DNA of 64,000 bases, taken from positions 2,046,001-2,110,000 of the forward strand of contig CP089275.1 in NCBI GenBank assembly GCA_023920165.1, written 5' to 3'. Below, in pieces: positions 39,449 through 52,343 of this stretch. The notes below the pieces were generated by a model. It was given only the letters and a program-made list of their open reading frames with translations, had not been told where the DNA came from and did no database searches. Every line of letters starts with the position of its first letter. The first letter of the stretch is position 1. This stretch comes from Curvularia clavata. Its lineage: Eukaryota. Made by a program: the position numbers and the translations under genes.

Positions 39449-39474
39449 TCGCGTGCACGTAACGCGCACCGCGA
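39449..39474. promoter_or_regulatory. Cluster of MCB-like CGCG elements upstream of SLD2
   Basis: TCGCGT, AACGCG and CGCGA within 25 bp, 60-90 bp before the ATG of a G1/S replication gene. Confidence 0.5.
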
Positions 39475-39535
39475 TTCGGAGGTGTCAGGATCAATTACGC
39501 TTCTGAATTAGCCACATCCATCCACACAATCTACT

Positions 39536-41047
39536 ATGAGTAACGACGACATTGAGCAGCGCTGTAACGCCCTGCGACAGGACCTAAAGGTCTGGGAAAA
39601 GAAGTTTGCAGCCCAGAACCACGGCCGAAAGGCGGGACGCGACGACATCAAGGCTAACGCCGAGATTTGTATGGACGCGTTAGATGAGGGATTGCTGCAA
39701 TTGTACTAACAGCAACACAGCGCAAAAGTACAAGGAATACAACAAGCTGAGGTCACAACTCTCGCACAAAGCAGCACCAGAAACACCCTCAAAGCGGACA
39801 GCCAATCGAGATGCATCCGTCAACATCGAGCGCACGGCGGAAGCGGCGCCCAAGACCACTGTTACTACACCCATGAAAAGGAAGAGGGAGGAAGACGAAC
39901 CCTCAGAAAACATCGACTACGCGGCTGAGCTTCTTTCTCCACAAGGACCTGCCGTGATCGGACCAACTCCGCAACGCGATGGGATAGTGCTAGGCCTCTT
40001 CGACATGCTTCCATCAGACACACCGAGCAAACCAAGAACTATACTGGGAGAAGTAGGATTAAACATACCACATACACCAAGTAAGAAGTTGAACGATGCA
40101 GCGAGCGAGGCGTCATTGGAATCACGAGCGAGAGGAGAGCGGACACCACTATCAGCTGGCAAACGCTTTATGTTGAACCAATTCGTCACACCCAAAAAGA
40201 GAAGATTAGATGAAGCAGGAACACCATCATCTGCCCTGAGTGGATTAGCTACACCTGCATTCCTCCGAAGAGACAACACTCTGGTTGCAATCGATGAGGA
40301 AGATGAAACAACCCCTCGGCCAGCACCATGGAAGCGGCGTGGGCTAGGACGCAGTCTGAGTGCGATGATACAGGCCATGAAAAAGGACGAGAATGACCGA
40401 CTCGATGAAGAGGCAGATATTATGCGAGAGTTGGAAATGGAGGAAGAAGGCATTTCAGTGCCAAAGAAACCTAGAGCACCACAATTCTTGGTGCAGGATA
40501 GTCAAGCACCAATGCCCTTGGGTCCAGATCGAGGCTTCGAATCTGACGAAGATAGCGAGGAAGAACCGGAACTGGGTCCCGATGGTAAACCACGGAGGGT
40601 ATGGAAAAAGAAGGGAATGAAGAGGCAGACACGACGTGTGATAAGTATGGTTGGTTGGTCACATGAATCAAGCACTTTGACTAATCATTTCCAGTGCGTC
40701 CGAATATTGTTAAACCAAAGCCAACGCCGTCAGCACAGACACAGGCCGATGCGGAAAAGGAGCAGACGAGTGTTCCAGAGACGCAAATACCAGCAGATAT
40801 AGAAGACGAGTTCGGTTCAGATTTCGATGACGGATCTGATTATGCCAGCGATGCGTCACATACACCAAGAGTACGGAAAGTGACGACGAAGGAAGCAGAG
40901 GGACCGAAGGAGAAACCGAAGAAAGAAGGCATCTTCAAGGCTGCTGCTCGAAAAATCAAGGCTACAGCAAATGCCAACTATCGGAGACTCAACATCAAGA
41001 GCAAAACGGGGACTGGTGGAAAAGGGAGGTTTGGTAGGAGGAAATAG
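39536..41047 (+). CDS. SLD2: DNA replication regulator Sld2/Drc1
   Basis: N-terminal LRQDLKVWEKKFAAQNHGRKAGRDDIK, then IGPTPQRDGIVLGLFD. Many S/T-P CDK sites and KKKGMKRQTRRV. Introns 39669-39720 and 40645-40694. Confidence 0.92.
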
Positions 41048-41744
41048 ATTGCCCGCACTGATTTCTTCGTCCTAGTAGGGCTCTGATGGACTTGCGGGTT
41101 TGCAGTTGGCGTGGACCCCTTATCTGGGCAGTAGTAGAGGTCCATAAAATAAATAACTCTATATCGTTACACGACGTAGACACTAGCACGCTAGAGACTC
41201 AACGAAATGATACAAATCACAGATCGTATGAGTATCAGAAGTGATGTCAGCTGAATTATCGAAAACACGGGTAGCCTAGTGCCAGAGGAATGGAGGCGCC
41301 AATAGCATTGTACGAGGCCCGAGACAGTGTGACCATTTAGGTCATCTGCAGGACTGTGTGCCTGGTCTGTGATGAGACTCCCAAGGCTGACACTCTTAGA
41401 ATGGTTTTAGTGATAACATATCTATTTCTTTCTGCAAGTATCTTTTTTCTGTCGCCTCCGGTAACATAGAGAAAGTAGTTATGGCATATATTCGTTATCG
41501 CACGTTTGAAGGCTACGATACGGCGTGGCGGATGGTGAGCTCACCGACGCTAAGGCCAGCAGCACCTCCGACGCCGACGGTCGCCCGACGTAGTAGTAAA
41601 CGGCCGAAGCTCCCTCTCGCCGCAACAAACACACCCACTACCACCACCATCACGACATCACCGTCTCGACTCCAACCCACACAGCCCGTTTCCAATCCGA
41701 CATCGATATCATCATCATACGAGAAACCAGCCTCACCGTACATC

Positions 41745-42626
41745 ATGGCCGAGAAGGAACTCTGCAGCGTGCTGTCACAGCTCCACCAGACGCTCAAGTC
41801 GCACAACTATCAGCAATCCACCTCATTACTTAGCAAAGCCAAGCTATCCCTACTGCACCTCAACGCCCTCATCCCTTCAGAGTCGACACCCCGCAAACAT
41901 CTGCAACTCGCGCGCGAGACGCTTGAACTGGGCGCCATCATCTCGATCCGCCTCAAAGACACCGAGTCCTTTACCCGCTACTTCCAACAGCTACAGCCCT
42001 TCTACGCACTGCCAGAGACAGTCCTACCAAGTGAAGGCAGTAACTTGAGCAAAGTGACAGGACTGTACTTGTTGCTGCTGCTGAGTGAGGGCGACTACGC
42101 GGGGTTCCACACGTTGCTTGAGACGCTTGAGGTGGCGGCGGCGCAGGCAGGAGCGAAGCTAGAGGCGGATCAATTTATCCAGTATCCGGTGCGGTTGGAG
42201 CAAGCGTTGATGGAGGGAAGCTATGATAAGGTGTGGGTAGAGACGAAGAGTGAGAGGGTGCCTGGGGAGGAGTTTGGCCTGTTTACAGAAGTACGTTATT
42301 CCCCAGATCAAGACATCGTCCAGCCAACTAGGATCAATACTCACACAAAACAGATACTGATCGGCACTATCCGCAAGGAAATTGCCTCCTGCAGCGAACG
42401 CGCATACCCCTCCATCCCCATCTCCGATGCCAAATCCCTCTTGTTCCTCGATTCGGAAGGCAGCGTCGTCAATTTCGCCCGCGAATCAGGATGGCTCGTC
42501 AAAGATGGGCGGATATACTTCCCCCAGCAGGAGGATGATTATGTTAGCAAGGATATTCTTGTCACGAGTGACCAGGTCATTGAGAATACGCTGGGTTATG
42601 CGAGGGAGTTGGAGACGATTGTGTAA
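41745..42626 (+). CDS. RPN12: 26S proteasome lid subunit Rpn12
   Basis: Motifs ARETLELGA, GLYLLLLLS, YPVRLEQALMEGSYDKV and C-terminal LGYARELETIV*. Intron 42291-42353. Confidence 0.95.
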   Translation: MAEKELCSVLSQLHQTLKSHNYQQSTSLLSKAKLSLLHLNALIPSESTPRKHLQLARETLELGAIISIRLKDTESFTRYFQQLQPFYALPETVLPSEGSNLSKVTGLYLLLLLSEGDYAGFHTLLETLEVAAAQAGAKLEADQFIQYPVRLEQALMEGSYDKVWVETKSERVPGEEFGLFTEVRYSPDQDIVQPTRINTHTKQILIGTIRKEIASCSERAYPSIPISDAKSLLFLDSEGSVVNFARESGWLVKDGRIYFPQQEDDYVSKDILVTSDQVIENTLGYARELETIV

Positions 42627-43985
42627 GGAGTGCTTGGGCGAGGGTGAGGGAGTGGGAGGCAAGTGCAGATTAGATGTACGATATTTATGCATCAAGACAC
42701 AACATGAACCAATAGATGATTGGTTGTTCTCGTTTTCTACGGATGAATGAAAAGAGAGGAAAAGAAGTAATGATTATGACAACTCCCTGTGCAGTTTTCC
42801 ATTTCCTTCCTTCCAGTATGATATCGCATTCTGTGTATTTCCACTCTGAGCAGCCGTTTTCTGCAGGGAATTCCAGCATCACACATTCAGCCACTTTCAA
42901 GCACACGAATAGTACCAGAAAGAGGTCGTAGAATGGCCGCAAAAGCATGAGCTAAAATATTTATGAATTGAGCGGAGACCATGTGAGAGTAAGAAGGAAT
43001 ATGTACAAGCACGCTTGTCTGGAATCAACCAACCTAGGTAGATGAAAACTTATCCAGGAGGACGAGAATGTGGCAAACGGAGGCCCCAAATATCAAATAT
43101 ATCTGTCATCATTCTCTCCGAATAACAAGATCCAAATCCCCTACAAAAAGGGCAAAGAGAAAAGAAATGTAAATCAAAAGATGAATAGCATAGGGACATA
43201 CGAACGTAGGAAGAAAAGACAACCCATAAGACATGAACAAAAACAGCCGAAACTCCCGCTGGTGTTTACGATTTGGTATATCCCTAAATACTAACAAAAC
43301 CCAACCAAGCGCTTGCACTGCAGTTAAAAACGCAACGAATCCAAGCCCAAATCAAAAATAGATGACAAAGTGAAGAAAGTATCAAACTATAGAAAAGGCA
43401 AAAGAAAAGAAAAGAAGTAAAAGAAAAAAGGGGAGAAAATGCCAAATCGGGGTATCCCATATAATTCTTTCGGAGCGCGAAACTCACACACCTGAGGGCA
43501 TATATTAACATTCCCCTTCTCCCTGAAAAGAGGAGGGGAAGCGACGACAGACAAACAAGTCAAAGATGAGAAGAAAGACTCTCCCCTTTCTCACCATTTA
43601 CTTTTGGCTTTGAGAAAGGGAAAGGGAGAGAGAAGAGAGAAAGGTCACTCGCTCCCTCCAATGTGAATGCTACGTACGTTGTCGAGAAGAAAGACCAAGA
43701 CCATGTTATATGCAAATATCTGCGTTTCAATCATCACCAAAAGATAGTTCGTTCATGTTGTTTTTCTCTTTTCTGTCGTTTGGAGTCGTTACATCGTTAA
43801 CGTGTCCTGTCTGTGCCTTTGTGGGCAACGGCATGCAAGTGATGGTGATTGATCGATGATGACGACGCGAGGGCTTGGCTAGGAAGGTTGTGTGTCATCT
43901 GTGTGTGTGTGTGTGTCCACGGGAGCGACGAGAAGGATGTCATGTAAAGACTGCTAGATCTGGCAATCATCTGATTGTCAAAAAT

Positions 43986-46267
43986 TTAGGGCCGATGCTC
44001 AACAGCTGCTGCTTGCTGTTCTCCAGTCGCCACAGCAACAAGCGCTTCCAATCGCCTCATGTCATTGCTGTTGTTCGGCTGCGGGTGCGAGGTACCAAAC
44101 GTCACGGGTCCCCGCTCGGAAGGCTCGCGCTGCGGACGGTAGCCTGAACTGGAGCTAGATAGACTGTGGCTATGGTAGTGCTGATGCGGCTGCGAGTGTA
44201 AAGGATGTGGCCTTTCCATAATGGATGCCGGGGGCGCGGTCTTGTGATCTTCAATAACAACGGGTGCCTCCACGTACCCATTGCTATGCACAATGGCAGG
44301 ATGATAGTCAATCATGGTCCCCGGTGTCGGTACTCCTTCGCTACTGCTAGAATCCTCGGGCGACGTGCGCTGCATGGCTCGCTGGGTTTGGCTCAGAGGT
44401 CCATTGTACCAGGCTTGTCGTTTGTTCTTCCGGGGAGTCTCAGGCTGCTCCTGAGATGTCCTCGGCGATGAACCCAGTGATGGAATCTGGATAGGTTGAA
44501 GATTGGCCGGTTGTCGACTGAAGTAACCGTGCGGGGCTGTCGTTGGTCTCGCGGCGCTCGTCCGGCTCGCGCTGCCAGGATATTGCTGTGACCATTGCTC
44601 CCTCTGGGACCCCGGACCGGCAATGTTTAGGCGATCAATCTCCCATGAAATGCTTGTTCGCTTGTGGTGTCCTCGATTGGGCGGGGGTTCCCTGGGTGCG
44701 TGATATGTCAATGGGCGGGTAGGAGCGTCCACCTGCATTGGGCTTGGCTGACGTCGAGGTAGCGTGGGCGGAGGCGGAGCGTGATCGAAACTTTCAATTC
44801 CCGGAAGCCTGGTAGTCTGCGAAGCGGCAGGTTGTGAGGTGTACAGGGGTCGTGGTGCATCAGGTGTTTGATGATAGCCCAGTCCACTTGTTGCCGGCCG
44901 AGGGCCAGAATAACTCCCTGGGTGCCACGTACGTCGCCTCCAGTCTGCATCCATGGCAGAATCTGGCTTGGGTTCGGAGAATTGAGATGTGGCAGGGCTG
45001 GCATATGCGCTACTTTGTATCGAATATGCGGGAGCGGCTGTAGATTGCAGGGGAGTAATATAGGTAGGAGGGCCTTGTCCTGGGGGCCCAGTGAAGGGGT
45101 TTGCATTTGCATTAGACGAAATCGACTGTCGACGTGCTGCTGCGGCTGGTGGTGGTGGCGGTGGCCCAGCCCAGGAGACTGGTCTTGAAGACGATGTAGC
45201 GGGAGATTGCATGCCTGATCCAAAGCGAGCAGGACTTCCGGCAGCTGTGGAGAAAGTAGCAGAGGTTGGTGTTGTGGGTGCATTGGAGGGCGTGTCGTAT
45301 TCGACAGGCCCTGGACTACCCATCATAGGCGGATCGTATGCATTCGCCGTGGTGAGGGATAGGCGCGCTCTTGCACTCGCACCGCCATCGCTGGCCATGG
45401 CGAGAGGTGGGGGTCTGCGGCGGACATCTGGTGATTGGGCTACGCTCACACTTGACATTGTAGATGTGATGCTGGATGCTGACAAATTTCTGCTGTGACC
45501 GCGACTGTGTCCCCCTGTGCTGCCCAGTGTGTTTGCACGGGAGCGATTACCAGGTGGGCGTACGCGGTCGGTCCGTATTTGGCGTTGGAACCTTGTGCCC
45601 GTTGCGGCCAGCGATTCTGACGGAATGTCTTCGTTGACGTGAACAGTCTGTGCATGTTGTCGGAGGTTATCTAGACGGGAGAAGCGTCTCGAGCAGTGGC
45701 ACTGGAAGGGTCGTTCACCCGTATGTTTTCTGAGGAGTCTTGTTAGGAATGTAGAGGGGTGTCGAAAAGCAGAGACACGTACCGAATGTGCCGTGCCAAA
45801 TGTTCGCTCCGAGTGAAGCTCAGGTTGCAGGGCGGAAAGTCTGTGCAGAAGAAGCGCTGGCCCTTCTTCTTTTTAGACGGTCGGTTTGTGTCACTTGTTG
45901 CACTCTCATTGTCCGAACCGTCTTTGTCGTCATCGCCTTCACCCATTTGCACATCTTGGGTCGACCTCTGTGCATCCTCTCTACTCTGCTCGCTCTTGTT
46001 GGAAGCTGACGGCGTTTCGCTCAGTTCGCGGGCGGGGACAAAGGGAGATGTTGGAAGCGGTCGCTGGGCAGCAAGTCCTCCTGTGAAAGTATTACGTGTC
46101 GGCGTCTTGGCCGAGGGGTCGTCTGCGCGAACCTCGTCTACAGGCTTTGGCTCTGCAAAGAAAGTGCTGTTGGGTCGAGGGGTAGTGGGAGTCGTCTCAT
46201 CGCCTGGGCGCGCTTGTGGCGGTTCGGGCACCGGCAAGGTGGTATTGACTGCTTGGAAGGTAGACAT
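43986..46267 (-). CDS. C2H2 zinc-finger transcription factor, Usv1/Rgm1-like
   Basis: [24 protein letters not shown], intron 45782-45730, then [30 protein letters not shown]. Long S/P-rich tail ending [10 protein letters not shown]. Confidence 0.9.
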
Positions 46268-46897
46268 GTTGGAGGACAAGGCGGCTAGCCGTCTGAAGTA
46301 TATTCCACCTCTTACTGCCTGTGTTGCGATAGGGAGCTGCGCAGGGCTACAGGGACGGGTGCGCGCGTATTATGTCGCGGGGTGCACACAAGAGCCGGGC
46401 CCGCTTGCAAATGCGCTTGCAATACTAGAGGAGAGGGCTAAGGCAGGCGCACGACACGGACAGAGAGCTCTGGACGGCGCGACCAGAGGTGGAGAGTGGG
46501 ATGTTCCTGAGGCGGGCGGGAGAAGGCTGAAACGGGGTGATGACGAATGAAGAGCGGCGTTGCAACAACATCCGGGCGCTGCCTCCAGCGAGCGAAGACA
46601 GAGAAGCAGCGGTGCAGCTGGGCGGGTCAAGAGGATATAGTGGGTCACGGCGTGGATTTGTTATGCGTGGGCCGTGGGTGGACGGACCAGGTGTGTGGTG
46701 AGGGTTAAGCAAGCACGGATGCTCGGAGTTTGGCTTGGGAGCGTGCGAGTGCGAGCGTGAGGGCCAGTGTGATAAGGCGCGCGGAAGGGTGCCTCAGGTG
46801 GCGGGGAGCGTAGTAACCCCTCGTCGACGCGGACGCGGACTCGGACTCGACCTCGACCCGAAACTCGAAGCGCAGACGAAGGCGAAAATGAAGGGTA

Positions 46898-46955
46898 GAG
46901 AAAGAGAGAGAGAGAGAGAGAGAGCAAGGGAGAGAGAAAGAGAAGAAGAGAGACT
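46898..46955 (-). repeat. (CT)n pyrimidine tract, probably near the transcription start of the C2H2 gene
   Basis: GA-dinucleotide run on + strand. CT boxes commonly mark transcription starts in filamentous fungi (inference). Confidence 0.55.
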
Positions 46956-48958
46956 CTGCCCAGGCGAGGCCAGAGGTGCAGTGATGATGGTAGTGGATGC
47001 AGGAGCGCGGGATTCGAGACAAAGTCACGATTGCGTCGCGGCTAGATGCGAAGAGGGGTTGGTTGGGAGCTGGTAGCAGCGCTCTAGTAAGGCACAGGAC
47101 GGACGGGATGTTAGCGGGCCTGGCAGGAAAGGCTGGGGTTTACAGAATTAGTGAGGGAGAGGCAGAGTAGCCGTCCGATCCACCCTTAGGCCAGACAAGG
47201 ACTATGTGGTCTGCAGATCACCAAGGCCCCCGTCGTGAGTCGGGCGGCCGGCCTGTCAGACTGCAGTCCGTAAGCCAGGCTTGATGAGAAATGCGTGTAT
47301 GCTGCTGCTGCTGCTGCTCTCCCGCTGCTCATCCGAGTCCGACTCGCTCGCCTCAACATACGTACGCCCTTTCACGTGCCATGGCAGCGTCGCAGACATG
47401 GCACGCTGGCTGACGGCGTCGGCACCGGCGTGTCTGGGTCGGTCCCAGTAGACAAACTTGCCCGCACCACAGCGCTTTGACAGAGCCGTGGCAGGGCATG
47501 CATCCGTCACTTTACTTCAGTCGCGAGCAGCATGGGCTGAGGGGGGCACCGCCAGAGCAATTGGTTTCAACGCGCATGCGAAGCTGCAGGCTAGGCGGTG
47601 CGGACGAGCGCTGATGCAAGGGGGCGCTCGAGGGCAGATCCACACAAAAAGTGTTGTACCTTTGTACCTTGCCGAAGCGAACGACTAGCATCCGTCGCTC
47701 GGCCGGACTTGGGCGACTCTGTCTGTGTCGTTACACACGCCATAGAGAGCCTACTCGTACGCCAGGCACTCGGCTGCTGGACGAGGCGGTCAGACGGACA
47801 GGAGAAAAAAAAGGAACACGACGGCTTCATCCTGTCATCAGCCTGGTGGTCGGGGCGGTGGGCGCTGGATGCTTGGTCGCTACCTCAGTCGACGCCCTTG
47901 CAGTGTGGGTGCTGACAGCTGCTAGTAACCCTAATACTGCGGACGTAGGCGGGACGATTCCCTTTACATCCCAAGCACCATGGTCATCTGCGCCGAGTCT
48001 GCATCCTCTGCGTCGTCTGTACCATAGTCTTTGTTTGTTTTTCTCTTGCTCTGTGTCTTGCTTGCTCTTGACCCTTTCCCAGCCCTCCCATGCTCGGGCA
48101 AGTTATCGGGTTTCAGTGGCCGAGTCACCCAGCCAGAAGGTGCAGCGTTGCCATGGACACTTTGCTAATCCTGCTCGGCATGCATGGCGTGCGCAAGCCG
48201 GCGGGCCTGCTGGGTAAGCAGCTCATACTCTTTGTGTGTGTGTCCCGCAGCATCCACTCGAGCCCTTGGCAGGACGCAGCGGTTGGCCTGTACGCAGATT
48301 CGCCGCCTGGGAGAGGGTGTAGATATGGTGACCGGGGTCGGGAGGCAGGGGGTCGCCTGAGTGGGTGAAACAGGCCAGACAGGCCAAGGCATATGGCGCC
48401 AGCGGCGGTGGCGATGGCCGACGCCTGGTGTTGAGGGGTAACCGTCGGGGCGTGCCATTACTCGCACACGACCGACGCGCTAGTCGGGCGTGCGTGCAGG
48501 CCCTGGGCGAGGCAGTGAGGCGGCTGGGAGCGTTGGCTGCCTCGCCCACTACCCCGCCATGTGACGCAACCCGATCACCGCCCCAGCACCGCACTACAAC
48601 TACACTACACCTCCACCGTACCGCCCACGAGCGTCCTCTCCTTTTGTTTCCCTGGCTCTCCACCTGATCCATGCAAGCTCCATACCACTCCAACCTTGGC
48701 CGCATCCGTCGTGGCGCCTGTCTTCATTCCCAGATACCAGCCAGCACTTGCTTTTGGTCGCGCTTCACCACAAAGTCCGAATCTAAGCACGTGCATCCTT
48801 GGCCACAAGCTGGTATCACTTTGCTTTGTTCTTCAACTCACTGACCCCACAGACCTCTCTCATATCTTGTTCCTATTCTAAAAACAATCCCACTAACCCA
48901 GCCTCTTCAACCCACCCCGTCGCCTTACAGTACAAGCATTTCGCTACACTATCCCTCA

Positions 48959-51832
48959 TCACTGTACAACCTGCGCACAAAACGTTAGCATGGCCCTTGC
49001 CTAGACAATACCGAAACCATCAATATCTTACCTTTTCTCGAAGTTTGCTTATCCACTGAATAATGCTCTCGCCTTGGTCCGCTCGGTCCTCGACCAGCAA
49101 TGTTTGCGCCCACAGCTTCAGGCTCGGCTCGCCATCTTCCTTGACAATGTATAGCGTAGGCAGCGTAATCGACCCTACGCCCTTGGACTTGTGATCCCGA
49201 GACTTCTCCACCACTGTTCCGTGTTAGAACTTCCCTGTGCAAACATCTCCAGGGCAACCTTGACTCACCAGCTCGCACTCGCTCAGAGTACTCGTTGTCA
49301 AGCACAGGCAGTGAAGCCTTGCCTTGCTTCAATTGTGTGCGGTCTTCAACTCCAAACACATCCGCCAACAGTGCGGGAACAGCATCACGTCCGACCCACC
49401 TAATCATATTAGCAAGTCGGCTCCATCCTCCAACTGGCAATGCACTTACAAGAACTGGTTGACGCCATCATCAATCAGGTATAGACCGTAAGGCACAATG
49501 GCTGCACTTGACAAATTCAGCGAAGGCGGCATCGTGATCTGACCAGTCGTTGGCTCAGGCACGCCAGCATCATCAGGCATGTCCTAAGTCATGTCAGCCC
49601 CTCACGCCACCAATTACTATTGCTAAAAAGACTTACGTGGAGGGAGTAGAAACTCGGGTAAATGTACTGCATGAGCAACCGCAGTGGCAATGTAGACAAG
49701 AGGTCGAGAGCTGCGGACCGAAGATCGCTCGGAATTTGAGCACTCTTGCGAAGACCAACGTTCTTGATCAGACCCAGGAACAGGACGGGAAGAGCACGGA
49801 GGTTCTGTGGCAATTGCAGACCACCGCCGCCCATGCTTCCTCCTGCCAGCTCTTTCCTGTACGTTGACAGAATCTCAATAATCTTTGCTTGCAGCGCATC
49901 TCGTGCCGCGTCAAGACCACTCGACAGTGCTCGCTCAACTGCCTTGTGACTGAAATATGTCGTGATTGCTTGTGCATCTGCCGATGCGTAGACTGTTGCC
50001 AGGTTCTCCGTGGTGGGCACTGCAAGCGTCAAGACTCGGATACGGCGCTGGCCACTGCAAGTAGTGTGTAGCACAGCCGCTTGGAGACAGGCAAATGGTC
50101 TCGAAATAGTCTCATCGATAGCAACTTCAATCACCACAGCCTGGTCTCGCGGGTAGGCTGGGAAAGCGCACAGATCAGACGAACGGTTAAAGAAGTTTCC
50201 GTAGAAGGCAGACATCCTCAGTCCAGTGGTAGCGCGCACACGAAGCACAGCCTCGAGACCAATCTCGGCAGACAGGTAATCAGCGAGCTCAGTCGCAATC
50301 TTGACAACATCCTCTTGTCTTGCTGCATTCCATCCAGGGTAAAAGTAGGTCTGACCTGCCGTAAATCGGGGAAGGTTGCTGAGCGTTGCAACATCTTGGT
50401 ACGCTGACGAAAAGAGGAACATGTCCACGGATACCTGGTTCTTGGAGCACTCCACAGCGAAGGATTTGTACCAGTTGTTTGCGGGTTGCAGGAGGCTGCC
50501 TTCCTTACCAGTGCCCAACAGCGACTTGTCCTCTCGTGGGCTCAAAGCAGCGTGGCCAACGTTGGGCAAAGATGCCGCAATGACGGTAAGCTTTCCTCCA
50601 AGCGGGGAAATGAGCTTGTGTGCGGACCGGAGAGCTGATCCCAGAGCGAAACCAGGAACGTGTGTGTTTTGGAACATGGCTGGAAGACGGTCTAAGAAAG
50701 TTTCAATGTTGTTGCGACATTGGCTGAGGCTCACGAGGAGATCTGAGGGCATAGGTAGGTAAGGTTCGTCAAGATCGGATACGACGAGCTGCTGGGGTTC
50801 GTTCGACTCGCTGTTGTCTGGAGGAATGCCGAAAAAGTGGAGTCCATTGTCGACTGCCATGAATCCAATTCGTGTCCGGCCGTCAGCGTTGGGTATCCGG
50901 CCAAGGGCCTCTTTGATGACTCGCGAGACAACTGCAAGAAGACCGCTATTAACCGCACCCTGGGTACAGTCCAAGATAATGTAGTAGCACAGTGGCTGGG
51001 GAGGGCGAACCATGTATTCCTGCGGCGCAAGAAACTCTGTGACAGCGTAGTTGAGCTCAGGTCTCTGCCAGCGATCTACGCTCTTCTGTTTCGTTGCATC
51101 CCAATCAAATGCCTGGGGAACATCGTTTGTCAGGTTGCACATGTTGCACCTCCACCTATGTCCATGGTCTAGAAAGGAAACGAAGGGGTTGATGTAGGCG
51201 CGGCATCGCCGACAACGGCTGATAATCTGGTCCTGTACTACAGGCACTGGATCTTCAGAATCGTGCAGGCTGGCGTACGGGCTGATGACTAAAGCAAAGG
51301 GCAGCTTGCTCTTCTTCAGCAGATTGTGGTTCGTCGGGATGGTGTTGAGTGTACATCGCACGTATTTACTCGATTCGTTCGCAAACTCGGAAGGGGTGGC
51401 CGCGGCGTTGGGCGGTAGGTTGATCGGCGGAGGAGGATTATACAGTTCCGACACATGGAAGGGCTGGGCAATGAGATCCGAGGGGAACAGTTGATTCTGC
51501 TGAGGGGCTGCTACAGGTTGCTGAGCTTGTGGAGCTACCTGTCCTGGGCCCAAGTTCATTTGTCCGAACTGCTGGTTGAGGGCATTTGGATCTTGAGGCG
51601 CAGGCTGTCCATAGGGTGCAGGCGCTCCGTAACCTGGGGATGGTGCACCATAGCCGGGCGCAGCAGCGGCAGGAGCACCATAGCCTGGCGAGGGTGCTCC
51701 ATACAGTGGCGCTGGCGCACCGTAGCCCGGTGCTACTGATGGAGGAGCATTGGCTTGGGCCTCTTGTGTATTCGCACCGAATTGGTATCCCGTTCCCGCT
51801 GCATAGCGGTCTCTCTTCTTGCGGTCCGCCAT
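48959..51832 (-). CDS. SEC24: COPII coat subunit Sec24
   Basis: Pro/Gly-rich N-terminus, zinc finger [12 protein letters not shown]...WRCNMC, trunk domain, and EAVLRVRA. Introns 49636-49584 and 49031-48971; ends ...REKVVQ*. Confidence 0.96.
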
Positions 51833-52343
51833 TGTCGAGCGTAGCGGGGATTGGATATCAGAAGAGGCGCGGATTAGTGGGGGGAAGAATGGCAGTGTTG
51901 GCGGTCTTGGGCGGGAATTGAAAGGTGAGGTATGTAGAGCTCGTCGATGTGTCTTCTTGGAACGGCACATTCCGCGCTAAGGGCACCCCACCAGAATGCG
52001 CACAGACCCACCCATGTATACCGCGATCCAGGTGGGACTAGTTGCAGAACACCTTTCTCTTGATATTTAGGCATCCATGAATTCAGCCACCAGTTTCTTG
52101 GTCCGAGAAACATTGCAAAATCCAGGACATCACCTGAACTGCTTGCAGATACGTGGCAACGTGGGAATACATTTCATTCAATTACAGCAATAGCAAACGA
52201 AACCCACATAATCATCAGATCATTAGTACACTATTAACATTAACACGTTTCTGTGTATAATCGCATGGCGGATAAACCTGACAGTCAGTTCGTGTTGATG
52301 AGAGGTGGTATCTGCTACAGTCATCTGCGATAACCACTCATGG

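Noticed and set aside
41369..41390. GTGATGA...CTGA resembling snoRNA C and D boxes
   Set aside because: Boxes are too close together, with no terminal stem or downstream D box.
41481..41744. 88-aa upstream in-frame extension of Rpn12
   Set aside because: Looks like promoter/5'-UTR sequence; Rpn12-like sequence starts at MAEKEL (41745).
42685..42948. 87-aa minus-strand ORF with a signal-peptide-like start
   Set aside because: Hydrophobicity is explained by T-rich UTR/terminator composition; no other coding evidence.
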